A stretch of 37,375 nucleotides of DNA, taken from Octopus bimaculoides. Lineage: Eukaryota. The stretch lies in the NCBI RefSeq assembly GCF_001194135.2, contig NC_068985.1:4465878-4503252 (forward strand), written 5' to 3'. Position numbers and translations under genes: made by a program. The notes under the pieces are model-generated. The model was not told the DNA's origin. It did not search any database and saw only the letters and a program-made list of their open reading frames with translations. Of this stretch, positions 11,431 to 22,571 are shown one piece after another (position 1 is the first letter of the stretch; each line of letters starts with the position of its first letter).

Positions 11431-12518
11431 GATTTTATTTTAGGACAATGCTAGTTGTCATCTCAGCAGATTTAAGCTTCCCAGCCGCCATCATCCTATC
11501 CATTTCGGTTCCTTCATTCATTATTTAATACTGGAAACATCGTTTTCAGTTCAAGTAGTGCTTTTAGTTGATATTACATGATAAGGTGAGTGGTTTGGAT
11601 TCTTTGTTGCTCTTTTTGTTAAATCTTGTTGGGATTGTGTTTTTATTTATTTATTTATTTTTTTATGGAAAGAAGCCTTCAGACATTCTCGACGTTGTAT
11701 CATTGTATCAGAAGATATATTACAATATTCTGAACCAAAACAAATATTGCTCAGCCATTCCTTTGCATCATGACGGATCCTATGATACGTTGACAGAGCA
11801 GAAGAAAAGAGAAAGAAATTCAATATCTATTGCATTTGAAGACATTGATCAAATGAAGAAATCTAAATGCTGTTGGCGTAATTTGCATTACTGTAAGACT
11901 GTCTTTCAACAGTTAATTGCAGTTGCGTTGAACGCAGCAAGAGTAAACATCAATAATGTTATTATTATTAGTATCTAAAAATTTATCCTTGTCTTCCGTC
12001 ACCCTTATGGCAACGAAAGAAACGATTATTATTATTATTATTATTATAAGTATTTTTTCAGTACTTTTTCAGTAAGCGCAGCTTTCTGCCAATGTTTTGT
12101 TTTACCTTCATATTATCTATAACACTAACACTCCTCCACATTAACACTGTTCCACTTATTTATATGCAGTGTCTAAGCAGATTATTTTCTATGGCACGCA
12201 GACTATTTAAATCGAAGGGTTACATTTATATATTTTCCGCGCGTTTTGTTTTTTTTAAACCCACCCCAAGATACCTATTATCATAGGAGTCTCTTTTCAG
12301 CCCACACATTTTGATTATCTCTATTTTCAGATCTTTCTGTTTTGATAAATTCTTCATTTGTTTCTTAGAGATATATTATCACTTTTGGGAAGAAATGACT
12401 TCAATTTGGAGGCTCTTTTTTCTTTCTTGGTATCCTTGACAACCATAACTGGTCTATTAGCCTTAGATTCCCTGTTTCTGTGGAGTGGTATATCGCTGGA
12501 TGGGTTGTCACTTGAGTC

Positions 12519-12900
12519 GTGGCACTCCGTCGGTTGTGACGACGAGGGTTCCAGTTGATCCGATCAAAGGAACAGCCTGCTCGTGAAATTAACGTACAAG
12601 TGGCTGAGCACTTCACAGACACGTGTATCCTTAACGTAGTTCTCGGTGAGATTCAGCGTGACACAGAGTGTGACAAGGCTGACCCTTTGAATTACAGGCA
12701 CAACAGAAACAGGAAGAAAGAGTGAGAGAAAGTTGTGGTGAAAGAGTAAAGCAAGGTCCGCCACCAACCCCTGTCGGAGCCTCGTGGAGCTTTAGGTGTT
12801 TTCGCTCAGTAAACACTAACAACGCCCTGTCTGGGAATCGAAACTGCAATCCTACGCCCGCGAGTCCGCTGCCCTAACCACTGGACCATTGCGCCTCCAC
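12519..12900 (-). mobile_element. Full-length tRNA-derived SINE family C with target-site duplication
   Basis: Minus head GTGGAGGCGCAATGGTCCAGTGGTTAGGGCAGCGGACTCGCGG...TTTCGATTCCCAG (A and B boxes). Closely matches 25058-25448. Flanks TTGTCACTTGAGTCGTGG (12505-12522) and TTGTCGCTTGAGTAGTGG (12901-12918). Confidence 0.93.
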
Positions 12901-13249
12901 TTGTCGCTTGAGTAGTGGGGGAAAAGAAGATATGTTTTGTTGGCTGTGTGAATAATAACAGAAGCAAACTCGCGAACATTTAGTTGAATATTAATTGCCG
13001 GACATAAAGATAATTTAGTATTGGCTGCTTACAATGGTCAATATTAATAATTACCAAATGAGGGGTAGAGAAAAACTGCGCTGCGTTCGTAGAAGCTACT
13101 TATGAGACATTGTGTGAATATTCAGACCGGTTGGTCTGTGAACTTGGAGTTGTCTGCTCAAATGTCTGGAGCCGTCAGCATGGCAGGAGTGGAGGCGTGT
13201 GAGTCAGTCTGCTGCTTTCAACAATCTACCATAAAGCGAACGCAGAAAA

Positions 13250-13352
13250 CGGTTTTTATAGAAGACAGAAGTTTTGTTCTTGGACAATCGAGAAAACCAT
13301 ATCACGTTACAGCCTCACGCTGATTGGTCGATTTATAGACCGGTCACGTGAT
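13250..13352 (-). promoter_or_regulatory. Candidate Pol II promoter module: E-box + CCAAT + TATA
   Basis: GTCACGTGAT at 13343-13352, CCAAT on minus at 13327-13323 and TATAAAAA on minus at 13260-13253. Order and spacing are canonical for leftward transcription. No transcript evidence. Confidence 0.3.
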
Positions 13353-13652
13353 TCACTAGCAGTGTTTGACTTCTAGCGGTTAAGTTTCGAATCACTGCTG
13401 CAAGTATATCTCAGATTATGGCTACTTGCATATTTATACCACCTCTTTTTTTTTTTTCTTTTGCTTATATTCTGCAATGCTAGAATAAATTTTAGGATAA
13501 TAAAGCCCCCAACTCCATTATCCCTGTTCATATAATTTCATTGGTTAAGAATGGGTAATTAGAGTCCAAATGATAATGATTTATTCGCAATCTCCACTTG
13601 CTCTAAAGTTACTTAGTGTAACCATCTTGTTGTTGTTATTTGTTGCTTTTGC

Positions 13653-13870
13653 AAGGCGGTGAGCTGGCAGAATCGTTAGCAGGCCGGGCAAAATGCCTAG
13701 CGGCATTTCGTCGATCTTTACGTTTTGGGTTCAAGTTGAGCCGAGGTTGAATTTGTCTTTCATCCACTCGTGGTCGATAAAATTAGTACCAGCTGCGTAC
13801 TGGGGTCGATATTATCGACTTACCCACACCCCCGAAATAGTCGACTTTGTACCAAAATCTGAAACCAATG
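13653..13870 (+). mobile_element. SINE family A
   Basis: GGCGGTGAGCTGGCAGAATCGTTAGC...GGGTTCAAG...GTACCAGCTGCGTACTGGGGTCGAT...CCAAAATCTGAAACCAAT. Confidence 0.88.
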
Positions 13871-13955
13871 TTATTTTCCTGTTATTCTTTTATTTCTTTA
13901 TTGAATACACACACCTATATTGCGAGGAAGCAAAGCGCTGTTTATTCTACACATA

Positions 13956-14118
13956 GGCACATCAGTGGCTGTGTGGTAAGTAGCTTGCTTACTAACCACA
14001 TGGTTCCGGGTTCAGTCCCACTGCGTGGCACCTTGGGTAAGTGTCTTCTACTATAGCCTCGGGCCGACCAAAATCTTGTGAGTGGATTTGGTAGACGGAA
14101 ACTGAAAGAATCTCGTCG

Positions 14119-14173
<55 letters not shown>

Positions 14174-14385
14174 GTGTTTGTGTGTTTGTGTTTGTCCACC
14201 CACCCCAAACATCGCTTCACAACCGATTCTGGTGTGTCTACGTCCCCATAACTTAGCTGTTCGGCAAAAGAGACCGATAGAATAAGTACTAGGCTTACAA
14301 AGAACAAGTCCTGGGGTCGATTTGCTCGACTAACGGCGATGCTCTAGCATGGCCGCAGTCAAAATAACTGAAACAAGTAAAAGAA
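13956..14385 (+). mobile_element. Full-length SINE family B
   Basis: A-box TGGCTGTGTGGTAAG, B-box GGTTCAGTCCC, CCTTGGGTAAGTGTC (CORE-like start), internal (TG)n, 3' GAAACAAGTAAAAGA. Confidence 0.93.
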
Positions 14386-14405
14386 TACAACGACTCCTTG
14401 CTATA

Positions 14406-14606
14406 TTACATTGGTTTCTGACAGGAATTCTGAAGCTTTTGTGGGGAAGGGCTAAGTCGATTACATCAACCCCACACCTCAATTGGAGCTTATTTTATCG
14501 ACTCTGAAAGGACCTCGGCGGAATTTGAACTTAAAATTCAAAGCCAGACGAAATGTCGCTAAGCATCTCGCCCGGCGTGCTAACGATTCTGCCAGCTCGC
14601 TGCCTT
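14406..14606 (-). mobile_element. SINE family A, with internal deletion
   Basis: Plus strand ends GCTAACGATTCTGCCAGCTCGCTGCCTT; tail TTGGTTTCTGA at 14412. Confidence 0.87.
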
Positions 14607-15614
14607 TAGTGTGTTTATGTTAAAACGCGATGTTGATAACATCTTCTTCTGTTGCAACGCAGTAGATAATCTTCAATGTTGGCCAGAAGTCAGTTTGGAG
14701 ATTAGATGGAACTCAATGTTCTTCATGTCCATGGAAAAGGCATGAACACTACAAGTTCTCGTTGTGTTTCCAGTTGAAGTTAAACAAAAACAATGATTAA
14801 ATATATCTTTAGTTATTCACTTATAAGATTAAAATCTGCAACAGATTCTTGCACCATAGGAACTGTAATATTGAAGATTGAGTTAAACCAACACAGAACA
14901 CGATTTCTATTGAAGTATATTGATATTGACGAATTCCTTTTAATGTTGCATTGCGTAGGAGTTTCTTCCAAGAAGTTAACCACGACAATTATGGTAGCCT
15001 ACTGATTATCCAAGGATCTTTCATCACATTTCCAATATATAGAGATTTCCTATGTGCATGATATTTACAATCTTCTTGAACCGTAGAACAGCAATAATGT
15101 CCACTTGAATAACTTGCAATGATCACCGGCGTTAAACCTGTTATGTTGCGTTTAAGTTGACTTCAAAGATTCATTAATTATCCAAAATCATTTAAAGGAT
15201 TCAATGCAATATTTAACTGAATTGCTCTCTGTTCGTGGAAATATAACGAAATTTTGATATACTCTCTCGCTTTCATTGCTATCACGAGGTTTCTATCAAT
15301 TAAGAGATTATTTGAAGAATACAATTTTAGCCTCGATTTGAGAGAGTAAAAAAAGAGAGAGAGAGTGACAAACAGAAAGAATAACAAAGCTATATCTCTG
15401 TTTGAAGTCCAATCGTGAACAATGGAATTCAAAGATAAACAGACTTTTTTTTCCCCTCCAGTCATAACTATTTCATGTGAAATGACACGCTGAAAGTATA
15501 AGATCCAGAGAGCTTCTTCGTAGAAACGACTGGAAGTTATCGAGTTATGTTGGTTGATTTGCATTCACGTACTTTGAATAAAGCAAAATAGAAAAAAAAA
15601 TGGTCAGTATATTC

Positions 15615-15875
15615 CGTAACACACACACACACACACACACACACATAAATTCACGCACGGACACACACAGATACAACATTTACTTTGATATGACGTGGAT
15701 TCGACTTGAAGAAATTAATTTCTGTGTGCCTGCATGCAAGTATAAATTACATGTATGTATGTGTGTATGTGTGTATGCATGCATGTATGTATGTCTGTAT
15801 GTTTGTGTGTGTGTATATGTGTATGTATCTATCTTTCTTTCTATATCTCTATATATACATGTGTGTGTGTGTGTG

Positions 15876-15926
<51 letters not shown>

Positions 15927-16038
15927 GATTCTCTGCAACTTTCAAAGTGTTTCCTCCTCTAGCACAACCATGAGAATCCATAGAGAATATAATCTGAGAG
16001 ATAAGCATGCAAGATGAGGTGTGTATGTGTGTGTGTGT

Positions 16039-16073
<35 letters not shown>

Positions 16074-16075
16074 TG
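15615..16075. repeat. Cluster of (CA)n, (TATG)n, (TC)n and (TG)n microsatellites
   Basis: Direct reading; the runs are interspersed with short unique segments. Confidence 0.85.
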
Positions 16076-16269
16076 AGTGCTGGTCAATTTAAAATGAGGT
16101 GGACAGAAGTGTTGAGAGGGGAGGGGAAACCTTGCTAGAAATGGACATCATTTACGCTAGACCACTAACAAACAAATGGAATGACGTAAATATAATTTTC
16201 CAGGAGCGGAACCACGGACGCACTGAATTCTTTGATTTTATTTCTACTGTATCACCTAAAAGTTAATTT

Positions 16270-17240
16270 CTCTCAAATTGGCGAAGAACTCTGTTTCAAT
16301 TCACTAGAGTGGACCAGCATACGCTCTACGAGGCTTTTGGATTAGTTGGATTAGCAGTAACAATAGAATCGGATTTAACAGTAATCAGCTACTTCGGCGA
16401 AACTCGGAATCTCTCACCTGTCTGTACAAACCCTACTCTAAACACAAGGGATCTCTCAACTACGTCTATACCCTAGGAATATAATTACTGATCTAGTTAG
16501 GAACTCGTTTCCCTTAGACTCTCTAAACCATCAGTGAACGAAGAAATCTTTAGATAATCCCCTGACAATTATAACCAGGAACTACATAGGAAAGGTTACA
16601 CTGCATACTACACAAGAACCGATGAAAGCCGTTGACGAAACCATGACCTACTTTACCACTTCAATCTAGCGACAACCTGAGCTAAAATATTTAGTTTACT
16701 ACTAAAAATCATTTCTCTCACACTATAAGTATATAAAATGATTGATAAGATCACTGTCAAAATCTCATATTCCAGTACACCAAAGTTCACTTGCGTTATG
16801 GCCGCTTCCAAATTTATACACGCCCACTCTTCCATTACTATTTCCAATCCCGTTCTACTCCTACTCAGCTGACTACTGCTCTCTAAATTCTAAATGTTTC
16901 TCTAAGGATATCCTTTGCCAATGTAATGTGAGTACCTGTTACATTACTAAAGCGTATTTGAGCTTCACTGTTGATACCTTTGAGTCCTGGATCTGCCAGC
17001 GTAATCGCTCTTTCCGAAAACTTACTAGGCGAAATGCCACCTCACGATCGAAGTACATCTGGAATCTTAAGATTACTAAAGTTTATTGTAGATTAAGATA
17101 GAAAATGATGGCGTCAGAATCTACACTGGTAACGGAAACTTCTCTTCACTAAGAAGAGTCACCTACTGAATAAGCTTTTCGACAATCGATACTTCCCAAC
17201 AATGTCCTACTTAAACAGACGTTTAATACTAAAAATAGTG
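16270..17240 (+). mobile_element. Decayed Penelope-like element: RT C-terminus, linker and GIY-YIG endonuclease
   Basis: Ordered remnants: GLAVTIESDLTVISYFG (~GLKITIE.N...VDFLD), YKPYSKHKGSLNYVY (~Y.PY.KPN....YV), SVNEEIFR*...YNQELHRKGY, ITVKISYSSTP (~TVKISYSCMPN), CSLNSKCFSKDILCQCNV (~CPL.GKCL...IIY.A.V), AYLSFTVDTFESWICQRNRSFR...TSRSKYIWNLK (~YIG.T...FK.R...H..SF.....T.LSKYIW.LK). Confidence 0.85.
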
Positions 17241-17340
17241 GTCCGATCGTACCTCGAACCGCCATCACGCTCAGGTTACGCTTCTCTCTCACACACACGT
17301 CCACCGTTACAACGAGAAGTGCATTCATTCCCCCATACAC

Positions 17341-17578
17341 TTCTTATTTCTTTACTGACCACAAGGGGCTAAACACAGAGGGGACAAACAAGGACAGACA
17401 AAGGGATTAAGTCGGTTACATCTACCCCAGTGCGTAACTGGTACTTGTTTAATCGACCCCGAAAGGATGAAAGGCAAAGTCAACCTCGGCAGAATTTGAA
17501 CTCAGAACGTAACGGCAGACTAAATACCGCTAAGCATTTCGCCCGGCGTGCTCGCGTTTCTGCCAGCTCGCCGCCTTA
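17341..17578 (-). mobile_element. SINE family A (tail type 2), little diverged, with TSD
   Basis: Near-intact head, A/B boxes and tail CCCTTTGTCTGTCCTTGTTTGTCCCCTCTGTGTTTAGCCCCTTGTGG...AAAGAAATAAGAA. Flanking duplication ATTCCCCC(C)ATACA at 17327-17339 and 17586-17599. Confidence 0.93.
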
Positions 17579-18427
17579 GACTTCTATTCCCCCCATACAT
17601 ACGTGCACACACACATACATACACATTCACTAGCATTTAATACACACGTGTATACTTAAGAGAATAAGAGAATCACAAAGCTGATGTTGCTCTCTCCTGT
17701 ACGGTGTAGGGAAGTTACCGTGAATGCGGGTTCATCAATTCATTTCAGTGCCTTAACACAGACGTTTCAACTTTATTTTCAGTCTTGTTACTTGTAGGAA
17801 AGTTATGTCATGTAATCCATTTAATCTTTCACATAAACATGAGTCCTTGGGGATAATCAATGCAAAACATCAGTAGCTTTATTTAAGTCACGCGCCGTGG
17901 AGTAAACCGATGTCTTCTCAGACGAGCGGTATTTTTCAATGCGGTTATAAACACCTGTCACAGCCATTTTATTCCAAGCACACCACTAAGACTTCCAAGA
18001 AAGGCATGACTGTTACAGTGTATTTATTAGCCCCTATAATTTGGAATTCTTTCGTCTCTGTCAAAAATCAATTTTGAGTGACTTTGACATCTTCCAAGAG
18101 AACATGGCCACATTTTAGTGTAATAATGTGTTTCGCCATTGTTTTGTGTTCAAGTGAAGGGCAACGACATCGCTCGTATAATCACGTCGTGAATCAGTCA
18201 ACCGGCAACAAATGTTTTTTAGCTTTAACTCTGCCAACTGGTTTTGTTGTTTGTTCACAAAATCGATTAAAATTGATTTTACTTCGATTAGGTTACAACC
18301 ATTCCATTCGATTCTTTAGCAACATTATATAATTATCGAAGCGTCTGTTCTCTAAAATGAGAATTACGAAAATCAAATATGTTGTCTCTTTGATCGACGG
18401 AAGTTGCAGTAAAAAGAGAAGAGCGGT

Positions 18428-18700
18428 TGAGGAGGAGGAGGAGGAGGAGGAGGAGGACAACGAGGAGGAGGACGACGAGGAGGAGGAGGAGGACGACGAC
18501 GAGGAGGACGAGGAGAAGAAGAAGAAGAAGAAGAAGAAGAAGAAGAAGAAGAAGAAGAAGAAGAAGAAAAAGAAGAAGAAGAAGAAGAAGCAGAAGAAGA
18601 AGAAGAAGAAGAAGAAGCAGAAGAAGAAGAAGAAGAAGAAGAAGAAGAAGAAGAAGAAGAAGAAGAAGAAGAAGAAGAAGAAGAAGAAGAAGAAGAAGAA
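18428..18700. repeat. Compound (GAG/GAC)n then long (AAG)n trinucleotide tract
   Basis: GAG/GAC block 18428-18515; AAG block ~18516-18700 with three point interruptions. Confidence 0.97.
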
Positions 18701-19152
18701 ATGATATTGCGTTGTAAGACATTTAATAGTCGTTGTTTTTTTTTCTCTAACAGATCAATAACAACATTTTACATAATCCTCACCTAACAGTTGCTAGAAA
18801 GGGAAAGAAGCGATGGGTGAAAATGCGTAGGATGTGGAATTGGAAGACTGAAGAAGGAAGACAAGGGGAAATTTTGAGACTTAGTTTACAATTAAGATAG
18901 CAATTCTGATAGGCAGGATATAACGTTCGTATAAATAAACGTACCATGACATAACAATGTCATGGGATTTAATAATGATTACATATATTTAATTAGATTA
19001 AATCTTCTTGCTTAGAAAATTATAAATATTCACGAGATCTTTAACGGCGGAAGGAACGGGAACTCCTCGTCTTTCGTTCTCGCTCCTTCTACTTCTTCCG
19101 ACCCGATTAGCGCGCGCGCACCGCTCGATCCTCCGTCTCTCGCAATGCCACA

Positions 19153-19186
<34 letters not shown>

Positions 19187-19879
19187 GAAAATAAAATGAA
19201 GGAAATGCTCAGAGAACTATGTCATTGAGAAAAAGAAAGACAGCATTTACATTTTTAACTGAACAGCTACCGGTTTCGATCGCTTAAGACGATATAGTCA
19301 TGCTGAAATAAAATGAAAAATCGTGATTCGCTTTCTCCTGAATTTTGCTGGTCAGCCGTGGATTGCAGTTGTGGCCAGATAGTGAATGTGGATACAAGTA
19401 GAGCTGTTAGTGAACGAATGTAGAGACAATGAAGTAGCGCACTTTATTCCATGCAACATTTAATAAAGTCTCTTTGTGTTCTGAGATAAAATTTCATTTG
19501 CATTTAACGTAATCTATAAAAGAAGCACATACTCTATCAAATCCTGATAACTTGGAAACCGGACGAAATCATCCCGATTATAACTTCCTGCCACAAATCT
19601 GCTGCAGCAGCATCACACAGTTTAACCACTGCAATTTTTATAATGGTTTATCCTTGATATCTATAATCCACTACGAGCCATTGTGTAAATAAATGCGAAT
19701 TCAAACTGCAAGACTGAAGGACCACAAACAGCTTACACAAAATCCACCACATACTTTTCTTATGACCATGAACTTTAGCGGAGCTTTCGACTCTTTTCTT
19801 CGTTACCCACTCTGAAACAAGACACACAGCATTGTGTGTCAGAATGTGAATAAGTATGGTCGGTCCTTAACTTAGGTTT

Positions 19880-19951
19880 ATTTATTCGACTAAACCTTTC
19901 AATGCAGTGTCCCAGCATGGCCACAATCTAATGACTGAAACAAGTAAAAGA
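19880..19951 (+). mobile_element. SINE family B 3' tail fragment
   Basis: TTCGACTAAAC...CCCAGCATGGCCACAATCTAATGACTGAAACAAGTAAAAGA. Confidence 0.75.
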
Positions 19952-21790
19952 TAGTTGTTGTTCAGTCCTCGTCAATAAACAGACCCTTGATAAAATACCT
20001 TCCAACCGTGACCGTCCAGTTTTAATTTTTCAGTGTTACATTGACTGATCTAGCTTTCCGTTTTCAAAGCAAATGACTATAGTTGGAGAGAAATATCCTA
20101 ACAGACCCAGCGACCATTTGAAGACTCACTTATCACTTCTACTAATTCTATCACCATTTCCATACAGAAATAAGCATCAGTAATTCCTGCTACTTCTGTC
20201 ACATATTTTAACCAGTTCCACCGAGATTCGTTCTACCAAAGAGCAAACAAAACAATATTTTAAATTTGAATCCTGTCTCCTATTCTGTTATCATTTTTCT
20301 GTTCTTTTTTTTTTTCGACTTCTAAAATACATTTATAGATTAATGGTATTTATAATTTTATACTCTTCGGTGTCTACGTCTGTCTGTTTCTCGCTTTCTT
20401 CCTGAATCTCCTCTTCTCTCTTTACCTTTGACTGTGCGAAACCCAGATCCAAAGAACTAGTGTCCATGAGCATTTAATTACGGCACCACACAGAAATCTT
20501 GTTAATGCAACTCCTACAATTAATTAAACATTCCTACATCTACAGAAATCAAGAGGTCCATGTTTACAAGCGACCACTACAAACATCGAAAAGAAAAGTA
20601 CTTTAGACAGCTGAGGCCCACGATGCTGAATCACGTACCATGTTGCTAGTTTTATAGCCGGTTTGGTTACTGTTTGTGTAACACTACTTTTATATGTTTC
20701 CTATTTGGAAGTAGATAAGAAATATATTTTACTTTATCTATATTGATAAATACGTCACTTATAAGTGTTATCATTATACATAAATCCTGACTCCAGCTAC
20801 ATAAACACCATAGCGAGAAATATATACTCTGAAACGCTAACGGACATTTTATGCGTGCATGTATGTTGAAGATAAATAAATTCGTGTTCTTTTACACAGT
20901 TCCATAATTGCAGAAATAAATTTCACTTACAAGTTGAAGAACGAGAAGAAAGAGAAAATAATTACTATATTAGTTTATTTATGTTCATTTAGCATTTAAA
21001 GTACAACTAGAAAGTAAAGTCACTTGGTCGTAGAGAATTACGACTTAAAATTCACACTAAGCTAATCCTTCATACTAACTACCAGAGTTCACAACAATTC
21101 CAATAAGTCTTGTTGAATTTTTATCATAGACATGACATAAAAAATAGCCAATAACTCAAGGAGTGAGTGTCGTGGAGTTTAGTAACAATACTACGATCAG
21201 TGAGTAATTTCCCCAAAATCAGGGTTTTTATAACAGCTCATTCGAATTCTAAGAACCGTATTTCGTGAAAGATTTCTTTGACGAAAGTTTAAAATTCGTA
21301 CATGGGCAGTAATTTTAACCAACGGGATACCAACAACTATGCTTGTTCGGGCAGACGACCATTGTTAATGGTTCGGCTACTCCCTAAAGCAATGGCATAA
21401 AGGATCCCTTTGACAGGATACTCCCAAACCCCCAAAATATTGACTCTTCATGAAGATCGTCCTCAACTAAGAAAGCTAAAAAAATAATTAAATGAACCAA
21501 GAAAAATCACGGGACCGTTTTTGAAGCCTGGTGAACTTCTAGATCAAATATAGATAGAAATTCGCTAATGTTTGAAGAAATATAATAAAGAATACGCTGT
21601 TGACTGATATGGGTATCGAAAAGATTCAAATACGTGTTTACGCCAATAATTATACAAATTAGACTGGAAACAATGATGCGAAAAAAATCCTGCACTAATG
21701 GATGTAGAACGTGATATGAGAAATAGTCAGAGCGAAGAAGTCGACGAAATAGCCCTGACGCTGAAGTAAATGAGATTCATTACATTTCAA

Positions 21791-21934
21791 AATTATTTAC
21801 ATTATTTACATTTGACGGATATTTGTCCTCATCTTGTTTGTTGTTAACACAACGCTTCGGTTAATATGCCCTCCAGCTCTCATCAGGTGTCTTGGAGAAA
21901 TTTCGAACCCGGGTTCTCATTCCTAAGGTGTTTT
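21791..21934 (-). mobile_element. Hammerhead-bearing tail of a composite non-autonomous retroelement
   Basis: Minus: ...CCAAGACAC-CTGATGA-GAGCTGGAGGGCATATTAACC-GAAGCGTT-GTGTT...ending in the tandem GTAAATAAT GTAAATAAT. Confidence 0.65.
21846..21891 (-). ncRNA. Degenerate type I hammerhead ribozyme motif (probably inactive copy)
   Basis: Stem I GACAC/GTGTT, intact core CTGATGA, GAAA mutated to GAAG, decayed stem II, and a minimal stem III (A)GCGTT that would be the palindrome AACGTT without the mutation. Confidence 0.5.
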
Positions 21935-21948
21935 TATTATTATTATCA

Positions 21949-22002
<54 letters not shown>

Positions 22003-22003
<1 letters not shown>

Positions 22004-22540
22004 TGAGTGAGAGAGCAGTGCATGCCATCAAAGTGACACTGGGGTAAAATATACGAAGCCCAGTACACCCATCATGACTACCCGTCTGATAAGGGTACAC
22101 CAGGCACATGCATCACAACCATATGTGCGCGACATGGTGATCTCATATGAAGATAAACAGTGCATGACCTCGCAGGTGGGGCCCAGTTAGAATTTTCTTC
22201 AGGTCGAGTAGCCCATCCTGCTCAAAAGGTCCCTGAATAAGGTTTGTTTAAGGATGTTGAGCAAAACACCCATATTTCCAAAGGGGAATTATTCAAACCC
22301 CAAAGAATCCCTCTCAACACAAGGCTATGATGCTCCCCCACTACTTCTGCTCATGATCAGAGATGCACATATCGTCAGCCACCAAGGGACATGCTCAACT
22401 GGTTAAGGTCAAACAACTGACAAGCAAATCTGTGGTACTGAACAGAGTATTTTTCTGTAGCCCATCTTTTATACCAAGACAAAACAATGTACATGATAAC
22501 ACGTCCATTCAGTAAGATAAGAAGCCATGAAAGTCAGTGC
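22003..22540 (-). mobile_element. ~540 bp non-coding insertion inside an (AAT)n array
   Basis: Bounded by (TAT)n at 21935-22002 and 22541-22568. It separates a tRNA-like head from the hammerhead tail. The minus 3' end CTCTCTCACTCAG runs into (TAA)n. No convincing ORF. Confidence 0.6.

Positions 22541-22568
<28 letters not shown>

Positions 22569-22571
<3 letters not shown>

Noticed and set aside
11568-11978. 136-aa plus-strand ORF (KKPSDILDVVSLYQKIYY…)
   Set aside because: No recognisable motif and a low-complexity N-terminus. By rough estimate, a few open stretches this long are expected by chance in six frames of 37 kb. The opposite strand has a better acceptor. Unresolved.
12350-12518. 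Minus-strand basic peptide NPSSDIPLHRNRESKANRPVMVVKDTKKEKRASKLKSF… interrupted by SINE C
   Set aside because: The Lys-rich composition is explained by a T-rich plus strand; no homology and no start.
16742-17101. 119-aa ORF as a host gene
   Set aside because: It is the decayed GIY-YIG region of a Penelope-like element, entered through a frameshift.
21300-21700. Possible additional Penelope GIY-YIG tail (VFEAW*TSRSNIDRN)
   Set aside because: Only one short motif, too weak to call.
21706-21762. Possible hammerhead: GTCAG…GCGAAGA AGTCGAC GAAA TAGCC CTGAC
   Set aside because: Stem I pairs, but the core reads GCGAAGA rather than CUGANGA, stem II has no loop, and there is no UH triplet.
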